DNA of 64,000 bases from Hydrolagus affinis (lineage: Eukaryota), in NCBI GenBank assembly GCA_012026655.1, contig JAAILG010000156.1, positions 1-64,000 of the forward strand, given 5' to 3'. The notes under the pieces are model-generated. The model saw only the letters and a list, made by a program, of their open reading frames with translations, searched no databases and was not told where the DNA came from. Made by a program: the position numbers and the translations under genes. Below are positions 37,230 to 49,822 of this stretch, in pieces; the first letter of the stretch is position 1; each line of letters begins with the position of its first letter.

Positions 37230-38074
37230 CTTCTGTTGTGAAGGATGCTTTTGTTAGGGTTTGCAATGAGATAGATATCCACAAGAAATGCTTTATAACA
37301 AAGAGACTAACTTTTCAGAAACTTTGTAAGTGAGCCTTTTTGCTGTATTGAAGCAAATAACAAAAGTCGCAACGCTTCAGCAATAGGTTTAATAGGATTG
37401 AAATGAGCTCTTCACTGTGAGAAAGGGGATGACTGTTAGGCACACATCCAGACATTAATGGAAAACAGTTGTGAGACCTTGGTGCCACAGGACAAAATCT
37501 CAGCAGAGGTGACATTCCTTCCTGCCTTCAATAAACATGACAAGTTTGTCAGTTCTCAATCTATGAGAAGATGTATCTATCTTCCCTGAGGGAGACGTAG
37601 TGCTTTTGAAATTAACAGGCGAATTTCGTCAGATTTGTAAAGTATGGCATTAACCAGTGACTGCTTACTCTGACCCATGTCAAGCTGCTGGAAGCTGCAA
37701 ATTCTCATTTTCACTGATTTCTATATTTGAATACCAGGTGAAGCAATGGATCAGTGGAGGTTATGAAACAGCCACATATGCAACACTTCTTTACAGTTCA
37801 CTGCAAAGGACGATTGGATACCTCGCTACAGTGATCAGCTGAAAAATAGCTATTACAATCTTGCTCATTATACACTGTTGGTTGTGCAATCTTAGGAGGA
37901 AAAAATATTGTGTTTAAAATTAAACACCAAATTCACGTGAATAGGATATTATATGGACAAACACCCCAAACTGAGGTAGTGACAGAATGCAGGAGGACCT
38001 GCTGCCCATTTATCTGTTTCCTTTTGTGCGTTGTACAACTGTCCGTCATTCTAATGTTAAACGAGAAGTAGATC

Positions 38075-38220
38075 ATTATTTGGGGAGGACAAGTTTGCAG
38101 GGCTATGGGGAGAGCGTGGGGGAGTGGGGTTGATTTGGACAGCTCTTTTCAAAGAGCCGGAAAAGACACGATGGGCCAAATGGCCTCCTTCTGTGCTGCA
38201 TGATTCTATTACTATATGAT
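38075..38220 (+). mobile_element. CR1 3' end
   Basis: ttgcagggctatggggag...gacacgatgggccaaatggcctccttctgtgctgcatgattctat. Confidence 0.88.
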
Positions 38221-38384
38221 CTAATTTTGGTAGCTAAAGATCATGCCTAATTTAGGGTGCAGCATTACTTAGTTCATCACATTACATTAGAGAAATATGT
38301 GATGGCCACACCGACAGACTAGTGATGAACTCTGAAAATTCTATAAATTTTTCAGATTCACAGCTCATCTATGCATGTCTGTAC

Positions 38385-38495
38385 AGCGCTTCACAGAATA
38401 TACTGTAAAGTTAATTGACTGTAGGTGAAACACGGCTGTCAACTGTGCACAGCAATGTCCCACAAACAGTCAAGGATTGAGTGACCACATTTTTA
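38385..38495 (-). mobile_element. SINE fragment
   Basis: agcgcttcacagaatactgtaaag...gcacagcaatgtcccacaaacagtc. Confidence 0.85.
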
Positions 38496-40229
38496 ACTTT
38501 TTCATCGGATTTTGAATAAAATGCACAAAACCTGAAGAGCAATTCTTAATATTGTTAGTGCCATGCAATGAAAGTGTTGTGTGATGATTTCATTGCAGGT
38601 TATCCATAGTCTGCAGATCAACTGATTAAACAACTGATTAAACCAGAGGCAAAGCTTCACACTGCCTGCTCTCCCGGTGGAAACCCGAAATGCATCCTTA
38701 TTTATAATGGTGTCCTTTATGTGTAGAAATTCACAGTCAACATCATTTCTGAAACAGGGTTGTTGGCAGTATGCACAAGATCATATTATCAGCTCAGTCT
38801 CTGTAGGTATCTTGTGTTCTCAGTAACTGTTAAGGTTAATACTGTGAAACGTCTGTTCCCTCTGGCTATACGTTTAGCTGCCCAACAGACTCCCACGCAC
38901 TCTTTCCAAAATAAAATGCAACTTAGATTGCGCTAACATTGTATGTGTTTTGACTGTTCTAACAGAAGTGTCTTGTTTTCTAATTATATTAAATTTGAAT
39001 GCCACTTCCCTTAATTTCAATACAAGTAGGTGGCTGGTAGCAGATAAAGTGATATATAGACAGATGAATGAATAGCTGAGTGAGAACTCTTTTTATCTTG
39101 TTATATTACACAAATTAGATTTGTTTTCAGAAACAACTCGAAGGATGACTTCATTTTTGATCTGTGCACCACATTTTTTTAAAGTTATCAAAATATGAAG
39201 CTTGTGAAGTCTTTACTTTTATTAAATTTATTAAGTTCATTAAGTTCATTGAGTCCATTTCCATATACTGTACTATATATTGGGAGTTTGCTGAGTCTAA
39301 AAAGTGATACACTACTTTTAACTTAGAAATTCTAGACACAAAATATAGTTTTCATTTCCTCCTCTGTTACGATTCCCTTTCCACTCTTATTTTCAAACTT
39401 ATTTTTAAATGACATTGTACTCCTTCATACCATCGACTTTTGCCCAGGGCAGCAATAGTCTTACAGTTTTATATAAAACTGCTTGGGAATACTACAATAT
39501 TTCTTTATTCCTTTGTACTCCTCACAAAACTGTGTGCTGAATGATCCCTGAATTAATTCACGGACAAAACATGAAACAAAAGGCTAAATCTGCTTTGGAA
39601 ACAAGCAAGTTAATGATTCAGAAGATGACACACATTTAAGCAGGATCCATCAGCCGCTGCTATTTGTATTAATGGAATGCAATTAACTGAGCAAAATTAA
39701 TTCCCCCACAATTCATTGTTTGATAATGTGCAACGTGATAATTCTGAACATGACTGCCTTTATTTTCACAAACAATGCACATTTAGGTCTATGTTTTGGT
39801 AACTGCTGAATTCGAACCATTTCCCCACCATTAAGTGTTCTCAGTAATGCTGGAAAGTGAGAAGCAGCTCCAAAGAACAAAACGAACCAGGATGCTAGAT
39901 TCTTCCAATAAGCTCCAGTTGTACCATTGCGATTGCAGTCTCTGGCAACCTGACCTCCTGATGTAGATGCATGTGAAATATAAGCTAGATCTATGAGTCC
40001 TCTACCATGAGGACAGTACCTTTGCAATGATGTCCATGGCACGTGATTCACATATGGACAAAAAGGAATTAAGAGGCTCAATCCTAGCTATATTCTGATT
40101 TCAGATTCTGATTTGTGCACTTGAAAAGCCTGGACCCATGATCAAATCCTGAGAATAGCCTTTGACCATAGCAAGCATCACATCACATCTAATAGCAAGC
40201 ATCACATCTAATGAAGATCATGAGTCTCC

Positions 40230-40292
40230 ATCAACTACAACAACTTGGATTTATGTAGCGCTCTCCATGCCGAACGGCGTCTGAGAGCGCAT
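40230..40292 (-). mobile_element. L2 tail stub
   Basis: caacaacttggatttatgtagcgctctccatgccgaacggcgtctgagagcgc. Confidence 0.75.
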
Positions 40293-40875
40293 CAGGACCA
40301 AGACCAAGCATAGGTTTCCCAATTTTCCATCATTCTGGCCCTGAGGTGCACATCAAAAGGTAAGATATATTATCAAGTAAAATCAACCAATGTTCTCATT
40401 TTATTGCTTTGCTCACCACTCACTAATACCAACAAATAGATCCGAGGCTTTATCAATTGCAAATGTATAAACTGAAGTTTCAGAGACCACCTTAGCCTCA
40501 GTGCCAAATTCCTAAGGCAGCTATTCCATTACTGGTGTGACGGGCCGCATGAGCATTGTCCCAGTACAGTCCTTAGGACAAATTAATTTGAAGGTCGTGA
40601 ACAAATTGCTTGAGAGAAGGGCTAAAGCACGTTTATTAATTGTTGAAACAAAGCTCAATTGTCTCCAGTGAATAAGTTCCTCAACTACTCGGTACCCAGC
40701 CACCTTCCAAACACCATTATGCATTGCTCCTCTTTCTATTCAGGGTTCCATCAGGTACAACTAACAGGCTTGATCTTGAGGAAAGCTAGCCATTAATGAG
40801 TGAGGAAGACTGAGATATTTAATTTGAGAGTGTGAAGTTTTCAAATAAATTGCCATGTGGAAAATAGATTCTTAT

Positions 40876-40945
40876 TAATCCTTGCCTAGATCTAGAGGAC
40901 GTGAAAAGCGCTACATCAAATGCAAGGATTATTATTATTATTATC
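40876..40945 (+). mobile_element. SINE tail stub with a short inverted copy of its end
   Basis: taatccttgc (40876-40885) ... gtgaaaagcgctacatcaaatgcaaggattattatt. Confidence 0.7.
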
Positions 40946-42377
40946 ATTGGTGTGAGACATTGTGAATGTTCACATTGATTATATAGGATTTGCACATTAG
41001 AGAGAATTTGGGACCCTGGCTAAAAGTCAGCATGGATGAAAGCAATGAAAAGAACATTTTGTCTTCATAAGCTACACCTTCTAACCCAGAGATGTACACC
41101 CAAAATTGAAAATTATTTACAAGACTAAATATGCATTTGAGGTGGGTAGGTGGGTGGGAGGGTGGGAGGGGAGATCAAATATCCTGGGTAGCTCAGTAAC
41201 TTTTATTGAACAGGAAAATGGTGGCTGTCCACGTCAGTTTTCTCTTTGAGCGAACAACCAACAGAAGTTACAATCCTCATGTCCTTAACCCCTTTCCCAA
41301 CCACTTCCATCCATTGATTCACCTGGGGTTACAGCTGGCTATGAACTATATGATTCAGTTTTATATAATGGGCTACCCTGGGACTTGAACTTGTGACCTG
41401 TGAATTGTGTTGTGAGCCCATTTACCGCTGCTTCACTGAGTGGCCGAAAGAAATTATTTATTACTCACAATAACACAAATAAATGGGACTCTGACAGTAA
41501 GTGCAGACATTTTGTTTTTATGTAGGACGCAGTGAACTATTGATCATCCAAGAGCTTCCAGTCTGACTGTGGCATGAATCTTTAATCAGTGCCTCTCTGG
41601 GCTTCAGACGAGAGAGAGTTGAGAGCAAGCTGTTTGCAAGAAGGGTGTAACACCGGCTGAATAAGTGCAAATCACTAATCCAGCAGAAGTGTTGTGTTCC
41701 ACTTACTCTGCATAATTGATCAAAATTTCCTCCGACAGACAGCACTGCAATTTCTCTTTATTCCTCGGCAAACACAGCAGTGCTGAGCAGGTAGGAAGGA
41801 TGTACCCATTGTGCATTATCCAGTAGTTACCCTTGAGATCGGCTAGCGTTTATCTCTTCAAGTACAAACGGACAAAACTACTGTCAACACTTGAATAATT
41901 TTTTTAAAAAAAGTTAGTCTGACATCAGCGGCACATCCTGCAGTTGTGTACAGAGGAAATCACATATTTAAAAATTTATTACCATATTTATTCAATTCTA
42001 AGACTGTTTTCTTCCATTAAAAGCTGCCTCCAAAATCAAGGTCCTGGGAATCAAAGGCACCTGAGAATTGCAGTTAAGTTGTCTCATGTATGATGCATTC
42101 ATTTTGAAAAATATAAACCAATATTGCTATAGTACCAGTTTGCTTGTAATCATGTAAGCCTAACAGAAAACATATTAACAGTGTCATTCATTTTGGCCAA
42201 CCGGTGTCTGACACATGCAGAAAACCATCACTGTTTATAGGAGCAGCCAAACCAAACAAGGTTACATGCATCCCACCTATACTGGTACATGGTAATCAGA
42301 GATACTTGTTGCAATATACAATATATACTCTCCCTGAAGCGACACGTAAGCAACTCTGCTATATACAATATACAACT

Positions 42378-42599
42378 CTGTAAAAGCCTGTTTATCCGTG
42401 ACCTGATCAACCGTAACTTCCGTGTAACCGGCACCTCAAAAAAAAGGTCCGCATTCGATTAACCAGAATTTATCCGGCACAATGCATTTTTTAAAATTAG
42501 AATTTTTATTTTTTTTGGTGTTTTCAGCCAAACATCCAGCACGCGCTTTAACTGGCATTGGCCAGGTCCCGAGGGTGCCGGATAAATGGGCTTTTACTG
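42378..42599. mobile_element. Short Tigger-like MITE (~220 bp)
   Basis: Left ctgtaaaagcctgtttatccg versus right-end reverse complement cagtaaaagcccatttatccg (18/21); TA at 42600-42601; left TA degenerate. Confidence 0.75.
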
Positions 42600-42774
42600 T
42601 AGTTTCTACAGTCCAGGTACAACAGCAACTGGAATTACATTTATAAACTACTGAAACTTCATTCAACATGATCTGAATTTGACTCAAATCCCTTCATGCC
42701 AGGACTTATATTTCGATGATATATTTCCCGTTTTCCAACTTTTACCTCAGGAGACGAAGGGAACATGAGGTTTG

Positions 42775-42830
42775 TGTTCTCCCAACGTGAAAAGCAATGT
42801 AACTACATAAATGTGTAAATTGTCGTTGTA
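42775..42830 (+). mobile_element. L2 tail stub
   Basis: tctcccaacgtgaaaagcaatgtaactacataaatgtgtaaattgtcgttgt. Confidence 0.5.
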
Positions 42831-43840
42831 TCAACCGAAGTAATGAGCAGGTGACTAACGGCTGGGCATTGTGGTTTGAGCAGAGATTGTATAGGACACC
42901 ATCCAAGTCTACGCTTTGTGCAAGTGGCTGTTTCTGTGAGTTTTCAAGATCTACCAATGATCTGAGGAGAGATGCAATAAACGGCTGCCTTTGGCACTCA
43001 GCCCAAGTGCGGGATTGGCGAGGAGGGTCTTGAATTGACAGCCGTTCTTTTGGGGTTTCTCTCAAAATTTCTGGTTCATAATTTGTTTTTCTAAGGGACC
43101 GAAGTCCTTATGGAATAGGCCATGGTTCTGTAATTTATACAGTGTGAACCTGCATTTGTCAACGAAAGAGGAAGAAATTAGTAAAGAGGGTGAAACCACT
43201 ACAGAGTTTATTTAGAGTATATAGAAATATACAGTATTATATTCAATGTTCAACCCAACAAGCAGTTCAAATGCAATTGTTTTGTTATTCGTTTTCAGTC
43301 CACATCCAAGTGACTTACACTAACAGATCCTGGGGCACCAGGCAAGTCAGTTGTTTAAACATTATCATTTTATTTTGTAGAGGGGGGTCAAGACCTTGAA
43401 TAATGAGGTCTGAGTAACTGAGAATCCATTCTGCTGCATTATTCCACAAATTAAGGCCATAAATAGGACCAGAAAGCACCAGCATCCGCTGAATTGATAA
43501 ACAGAACAAACATTAGCTACTCATTTTGATGTTTGTTATTCCCACTGTAGCTCCATTGTAGAATGCTGGGCGACCTCCTGGCTTCACCTTGCGTTCTTCC
43601 TCAATCAAGAAATAATTCAAGTGTCATTCCTGGTGATGGAGTGGAGCTCATTGCTGCTCTCTTGTGAGCAGTTAACTTCATTGCAGTTTCCTGTCAGTTT
43701 CAAGAGCCCCTGAAATGCCTCAATTCGGGCTGAACTGCTGCTTCTTTTAGCTCCAACATAACAACCCATCACTTCGGACCGATTCTCATCAGAAAGAAAC
43801 CTTCAGCTTGTGCAGCTGTCATGCTGTGACAGTCTTAAAC

Positions 43841-44152
43841 CTCCTGCAGCTCAATCATCATTACTGCCCAAGCGAGAGACTTGGGTTTGATTCCCGGCTG
43901 GGCGAAACCTTGGGCAAGTTTCCTTACTCCACACATCTAATGATAAACCCTCAAGAAAAACCCCCCCAAATAAATTGGTCACTTCAATCCATGACTGATT
44001 GTGGGACACTGCTGTACGCAATCGGTTGCTGCGTTTTGCCCATAAATATACAGTCAGTTCACTTCACAGTACTGTATATTCTGTGAAGCTCTTTGAGACA
44101 TCCAGAAAATGTGAAAAGCGTTATATCAAATGCAGGGAATATTATTATTATC
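43841..44152 (+). mobile_element. tRNA-derived SINE with degraded head
   Basis: aagcgagagacttgggtttgattcccggc...ggcgaaaccttgggcaagtttccttactcc...gcgttatatcaaatgcagggaatattattattat. Confidence 0.9.
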
Positions 44153-45290
44153 ATCGTTGCAACATTGTAAAATTATTTTCCATTTATATGTTTGGGTCTT
44201 CTTTGCCATTTTTGCCATGCGCTTATGCTTTAGGGCCATTGTTAAAGTATTTATTGCAAGCAACAAACAACTGACAGTCTTCAAGCCACGTACACAATTT
44301 AGTGAAAGGTTTGTCATCCTACATGCCCAGGATGCCCTGCATGCCCATGCTTCCAGTCCCAGAAGTGGCACAAAGTCAAAGTAGAGTATTTCTGAAGAGA
44401 CAAAACCATCACTCTTTTCATCTGCTCGAACAGGACTGTGCATCAAAGCAACATTCGAAAATCAGGCTTCAGAAATACAGGAGCTAACAGATACACAGCA
44501 ACTCTGTGAATAACTTCCCTGTTTTCAACTCCAGACGTTACAATTAATCACATAACCTCACCGAGTCAGGTATTTGAAGTAAATCTACCTTCTGTCTGCT
44601 TGAAAGAATCCAGAAAAGGAAATGATTCAGCACATTAACCAAATGAGCAAAAGTAAAGGGACATTCTCTTCACGGAAAAATTGTTTGACAAACTTTCTTA
44701 TATATTTTAAAATCAACACATGAACACGATGATATCAATCAAGTTGAAATACTGTACGTGACTGTACCACTTGTATAACTTCAACTCAAAATAGCTCTTC
44801 TCTCTCCCGCTAGAATAGATTTCCAGACAATTCTCATGACAATGCTGCCCTTTAAGCTGGTTTATTAAATTCCAACTAGTTTCTCACCGTATGGTTTTGC
44901 AAAATGCATTAGTTAAGCTGTTGTGTGGTGTTATTCATCTTCCAATTCTCAGTTCTTAGTCATGTGTTTCTCTGTAGTTTGAACGTTTAAATGTTAAAGC
45001 AATCACAACATTGAGAGCAACTGTAGCCATTAGAACATGCAGTACAGTAAGAGCATGAGGCTATGTATGTACTTATACATTTTTCAACTCGCTCACAACA
45101 TGACATACAGTTAGCCTGCATTTCTGTCTCTCAGTAAACTGCTTTCGTTTTCTATGTCTTAATATATCCAGCTTGGGTGGCCAACATAATTACAATAGTG
45201 GATAAATAATAGTAACTGCATAACTAGCCAGTATGAAGCACATGGTGATTCCATGGTGCTTGTCTCACTAGGTCAGCTGTACAGTAACTA

Positions 45291-45445
45291 TCAACAACAA
45301 CAACTTGAATTTATATAGCGCTATCTAGGCCTGGCGGCATCTCAGTGCGCTTATTTATTGTGGAGCCCGAGGCTGAGCCATGGGGAGGGGGAGGGGGAGA
45401 GTGCCCTTAAGAACGGTCGAAGAAGTAGGTCTTCAGGCACGACCT
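45291..45445 (-). mobile_element. L2 3' end
   Basis: (caa)n-cttgaatttatatagcgc...cggtcgaagaagtaggtcttcagg. Confidence 0.8.
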
Positions 45446-47416
45446 CGGCTTGCATCAAAGACACATCTATGTCTCAGGTTTCATTGATGAATCAGCCAAG
45501 CTGGTCAACCGTTAAGAATGCTTTGAATTACTCCTTGGATGTATGTGATTTTACCAGCATCTCTCCTCGGAGGCAATTCAAAGAGTTGGAGACCCTGCCG
45601 GCTTCCTCTCACAGAAGATTTTGCTTTTTCACAAAGGACTAATTTCATCAACCTCAAAAGGTAAAGATACCGTAAGAACCAGCGGGATACAAACTCGTAA
45701 CTTTCCACGTTAGCTAAAAAGCTGGCAGTTTTTGCCAACTCACTTGCTTGCTTCATATCTCTCTCTCCCACTTTGTTTCACCATCGGCAGGCAAGTTTTC
45801 ACCTTCTCTGGAACTTTGTTCGACACCCTCCCTACTCTTCTGTAAAAATGTATCAAAAAAAACTCTCTCTGTGACACCTCCCTGTTATCCATTCGCAACC
45901 AAATGCAGTAGTCAAGTAGAGAAATTTGCAGGGTAGGAAGGTGGGAGGGGTAGGGGGAAGCTGGTGGGATGTTTATGATTAAACATTAATATTTTAGAAC
46001 TGGGTATAAAAGTCTGCTTCCTAGATGGAGACAGTAATCCGATGCATTAGGTGGGACTTCACAGTTAATTGAGCTACAGGGCTGGTTAGAGTGGCGACAT
46101 TCATAATTGGACCTGTAATCCGGCCAACAAACTCATCAAAAGCAAACTGATTATGTAACGTCAGCAGTTGTGAAAAAAGGTTGAGGGTCAAAACTTGTTC
46201 CCATTGCTTCCTCTCAAGCACCTTTTAGGTACGTACAGCACAGCATACATGTGTGTCAAAACAGCAGCAATTATTTGAATGCACTGTACTTCAGAGCCAT
46301 AATGGAAAAACACAGTGGTTCTACACAATAATAGAACCAGCCTGCTGATGCTGAATAGTTGATCAAGTATCATTGCCCTTTCAACTTAGTCTCAGTTTTA
46401 GCTGTGATGGAATCTCCCTTAAAAGTACTTTAGGAGAAAAAGTAAATAAAATTAGCATAGAAATGCCCTCGTACATTTTCCAAAGGTCTCTTGAAAATTA
46501 GTTTTGCCTTTGCTTGTCCCTCTAGAAGTATGAAATTAATTAACCTGTGGGCTTTAATGTATGTGCATTAGCATAATGGACAAAGGGAAACTGTTAACGA
46601 AAAGCGCTGATGAATATTTTGAGCTTTTTCCCCCCCAAAATATGATAGAAAGCGGCTTTAATAATTCATGACAAAAAGCGTTTTGCAATCAAGGTAATGA
46701 TGTCTTCCAATATAGTCATTATCTGGGTTAATTAATTGCTCAACCGCATTGGTTCCAACAGCCCAAAATGAGGAGAGATTAATATTCATCCAGCAAATCT
46801 ATCAAACCAAATGAATGAGATCAAATGGCATTTAATGAAACAGAGCTGCTCTGGTGCTTTTTAAAATAACTAATGAAGAATGTTATTTATTGAAATACAG
46901 ATGAGGCTGCTGAAGTGTGTCCGAACGCAATGGTATTAGCAGCCGGATCTCACCAGGGAATATACTCATTATCTGTGAGATAAGGATGATGCAGTGTTAT
47001 TGTATTTTAATATTTTTGTAGTACCCATTATTTCCATAGCTATTTAGCAACACAAATAGTAATAAACGACAGATTTTAATTTATCTAACAATCAAGGCTT
47101 TTGACAAGGAAGCATTTTGTATAAAAGCCTTCAACACACTTCTCATTTTGATTGCTTTTCTCATTAGCCTCTACCATCTTTGCTACTTATTTGAAAACAA
47201 TATTAGAAGTACATTTGTTCAAGAATTGCTATTTTAGTCCAGATAGGGCAGAGACATACAAATGACCCGCAAAAGCTCTTTTTTTAAAATAGGATTGATA
47301 TCTTGATGTTTCTTAATCGGGAAAGTCAATGTTGATGATGAAATTGATCCATACAGACCATGAAAGCTACTGTTTGGCTTGTTGAATGATTATGGATAAT
47401 CAGGCAACTGGAGAAT

Positions 47417-48130
47417 GACATAGAAAGATACGGCACAAAAACTGGCCATTTGGCTCAACTAGTTATTAATAATAATCCTTGCATTTGATATAGTGCCTTA
47501 TCATGTCTTCTAGATGTCTCAAAGCGCTTCACAGGATACACTGGAAAGTGAATTGACTATATTTTGTTGACGAAAAGCCTCCATCCTTCCTATTCTCCTT
47601 CATTCCCTCCTTCTTCCTCATGTACACATTGATTTCACTCTCAAAACAGTGAAGCTATCTCCTTCAACCACAGATTTCAGCAATATGTTCCATGTCCTCA
47701 CCAAACTCTACCCGTGTGAAGGACTACCTACTAAACTTGCTACAGATCTACTACTGGCTATCTTATATTTATGCCTCCTTTGTTTTGGAATTACCAACAA
47801 TTGGACACAGTCTATCAATGTCTACCTTATCAAATCCTTTCATAATCTTAAACACCTCTACAATGTTCTCTCTAAATCATCTCTTCACTAGAGAAGCGCT
47901 CCAATCTGTCCAACCTTTTTTGATAGATGTATCCACTTGTCATTTGTAATATTCTTGTAAATCTACACTGAGTTCTCTCCAATGTAATTTCAGTATTAAT
48001 AATAATGATCAGAATTGCATACAGGTCTCCAAATGTGTTTTTTTTAATATAAATTTAACATTAGGTAACTGAAATAACCACATTTCCATATACAATACAG
48101 TACCTGGTCCACATACTTGGTGAATGAAGG
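47417..48130 (-). mobile_element. Degraded CR1 3' fragment interrupted by a SINE
   Basis: CR1 terminus acatagaaagatacggcacaaaaactggccatttggctc, resuming after 47572 with ctaccttatcaaatcctttcataatcttaaacacctcta...cagaattgcatacaggtctccaa. Confidence 0.75.
47464..47572 (-). mobile_element. SINE tail nested in the CR1
   Basis: aataataatccttgcatttgatatagtgcc...gtctcaaagcgcttcacagg. Confidence 0.88.
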
Positions 48131-49389
48131 TTGCTCTTCTGAGTTTAAGACACACTATTAAGGCAGTTGCTTCAATCACTATGCCTAACCCGAGAATGGA
48201 TAGTGATGGAAAAAGGTGTTTGGATTTGGAAATCCATTCCATTTCCATTTCCCAGCACAAACTTTGATAAGCAACAAAATAAAACCCTCAAAACAAGAAT
48301 TCCTGTATTTTTTCTTTAGATCTTCTAAAAATTGCTCATTAAAATTAAGAAATAAAGCCATTTAAAACATGCCCTTAGAGTTGCCTCATTTATTCAACAG
48401 TTCTAGTTATAATTTCAGGAATAATGTCTGGGCAACAGGAGGGTCAACATTGAGTAAGTTTTTTGTTCTGGAGCCAGATTAAACTTCTCAAGCATGTCCG
48501 ATTTTCTCTTTAGTGATGGATTGAGTGTTAAATACATTACAGTATTTAGTAATCCTGCTGCATGCAAGTACGTAGTTTGATTGGTTGAATCTTTTTTTGG
48601 GAGTGAGTGGGGGACGACGACGACAAACAAATAATGCCTACTTTTTAGTGAGGGCATTCTTAAAATCAATTTCCATCTGGCACATCTATCCACTTTGCAC
48701 ATGGAAGGTCATTTGAGGTTAAAATGATCGCATGCAATTATTGAGAGCCAGTCACCTCTGAGACCGTGTGCACCAATCGTAATCCCAAACGCTGAAGACA
48801 CTGGTGTACACTACAGCACAATGTCCCAGACACCTCCAACACTTTGATGTGAAAGTTGCAATTTGAGATGGGAAAATGACACGTCTTAAACTTGCTTTTT
48901 TTTAAAAACAGGTTTACTTATATTTTGAAGTAATCCAATTTTATGCCCTGCAAATGACATGATCCCCAACATCATTCAGCTAAGTGGAGTACATTTAACC
49001 TGCAACTGAATCCTGTTATCAGCATATGGCCTTTGCATCCAGTTCAGATGCACTAGTTTCCAAACAAGCACTGTTTAGCAAGCAGAGCAATTGACTGTGC
49101 AGTAATTATTCATGCAGCATGTTTTATTAAATGCTGAACTTTCATAAATTATTACAATTAAATGTGGAATCCCACATGACTGTGCAGCATTGCAACATAT
49201 GGTGGAAACTGGCACAAAATGACCAGAAAAAATATTTAACTCTTCTGTCATGTTGCATTGTGCGATTTATTTTAGCTTTGAGAACATTAATAATACAGAA
49301 TGTTGGATCCCTGCATTACAAAAAGTAAATATGATTATTTTAATTACTCAAATGATCCCTGATGGTTATCTGGAACACCGTAGATGATT

Positions 49390-49580
49390 AATCATAGAAT
49401 CTTACGGCACAAAAGGAGGCCATTCGGCCCATCGAGTCTGTGCCAGCTCTTTAAAAAGAGCAATTTAATCCCACTCCCCAGCTTTCTCCCCATAACCTCG
49501 CAAACCCGTCCTCCCCAAATAAATGTCTACCTCTCTTTTAAAAGATGTTATCGAATCTGCCTCCACCACCTTTTCAGGCT
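49390..49580 (-). mobile_element. CR1 3' end
   Basis: atcatagaatcttacggcacaaaaggaggccattcggcccatcgagtctgtgccagctc...tctgcctccaccaccttttcaggc. Confidence 0.88.
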
Positions 49581-49754
49581 GTTAATATTGGTATTTGAAC
49601 ATGCAGGGAATTTTTGCCCACTAATACAGCCCAGAGAAACATCAACTATTGGGGTCAAAATTCCAGTAACAAAATTGGACTTAAATAGAAGGTCTGAACA
49701 GGGGTCTCACATAATGTTTGGTGCCAAAATGTTAATGTCAGCCTTTGATTAGAG

Positions 49755-49822
49755 CAGGGTGGTCCAACCTTTGGCTGTTGAGGGCCAGATGCCCTATTTG
49801 AGATATGTCTGCAGGCCACATA
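49755..49822 (+). mobile_element. Possible hAT-Charlie MITE terminus
   Basis: tagag|cagggtggtccaacctttggc...gggccaga resembles Charlie-type 5' ends; no matching far end found. Confidence 0.35.

Noticed and set aside
40168-40210. Short tandem duplications (also 5540-5582, 33969-34003, 38620-38644)
   Set aside because: Ordinary slippage duplications with no further structure.
43770-43795. Minus-strand CUGAUGA...GAAG hammerhead-like string (similar at ~6038-6055)
   Set aside because: No GAAA at the right position or no stem II; not a hammerhead.
45500-45720. Coding-looking stretch with ttttaccag...aag|gtaaag
   Set aside because: Weak acceptor and unrecognised peptides in all frames; cannot support it.
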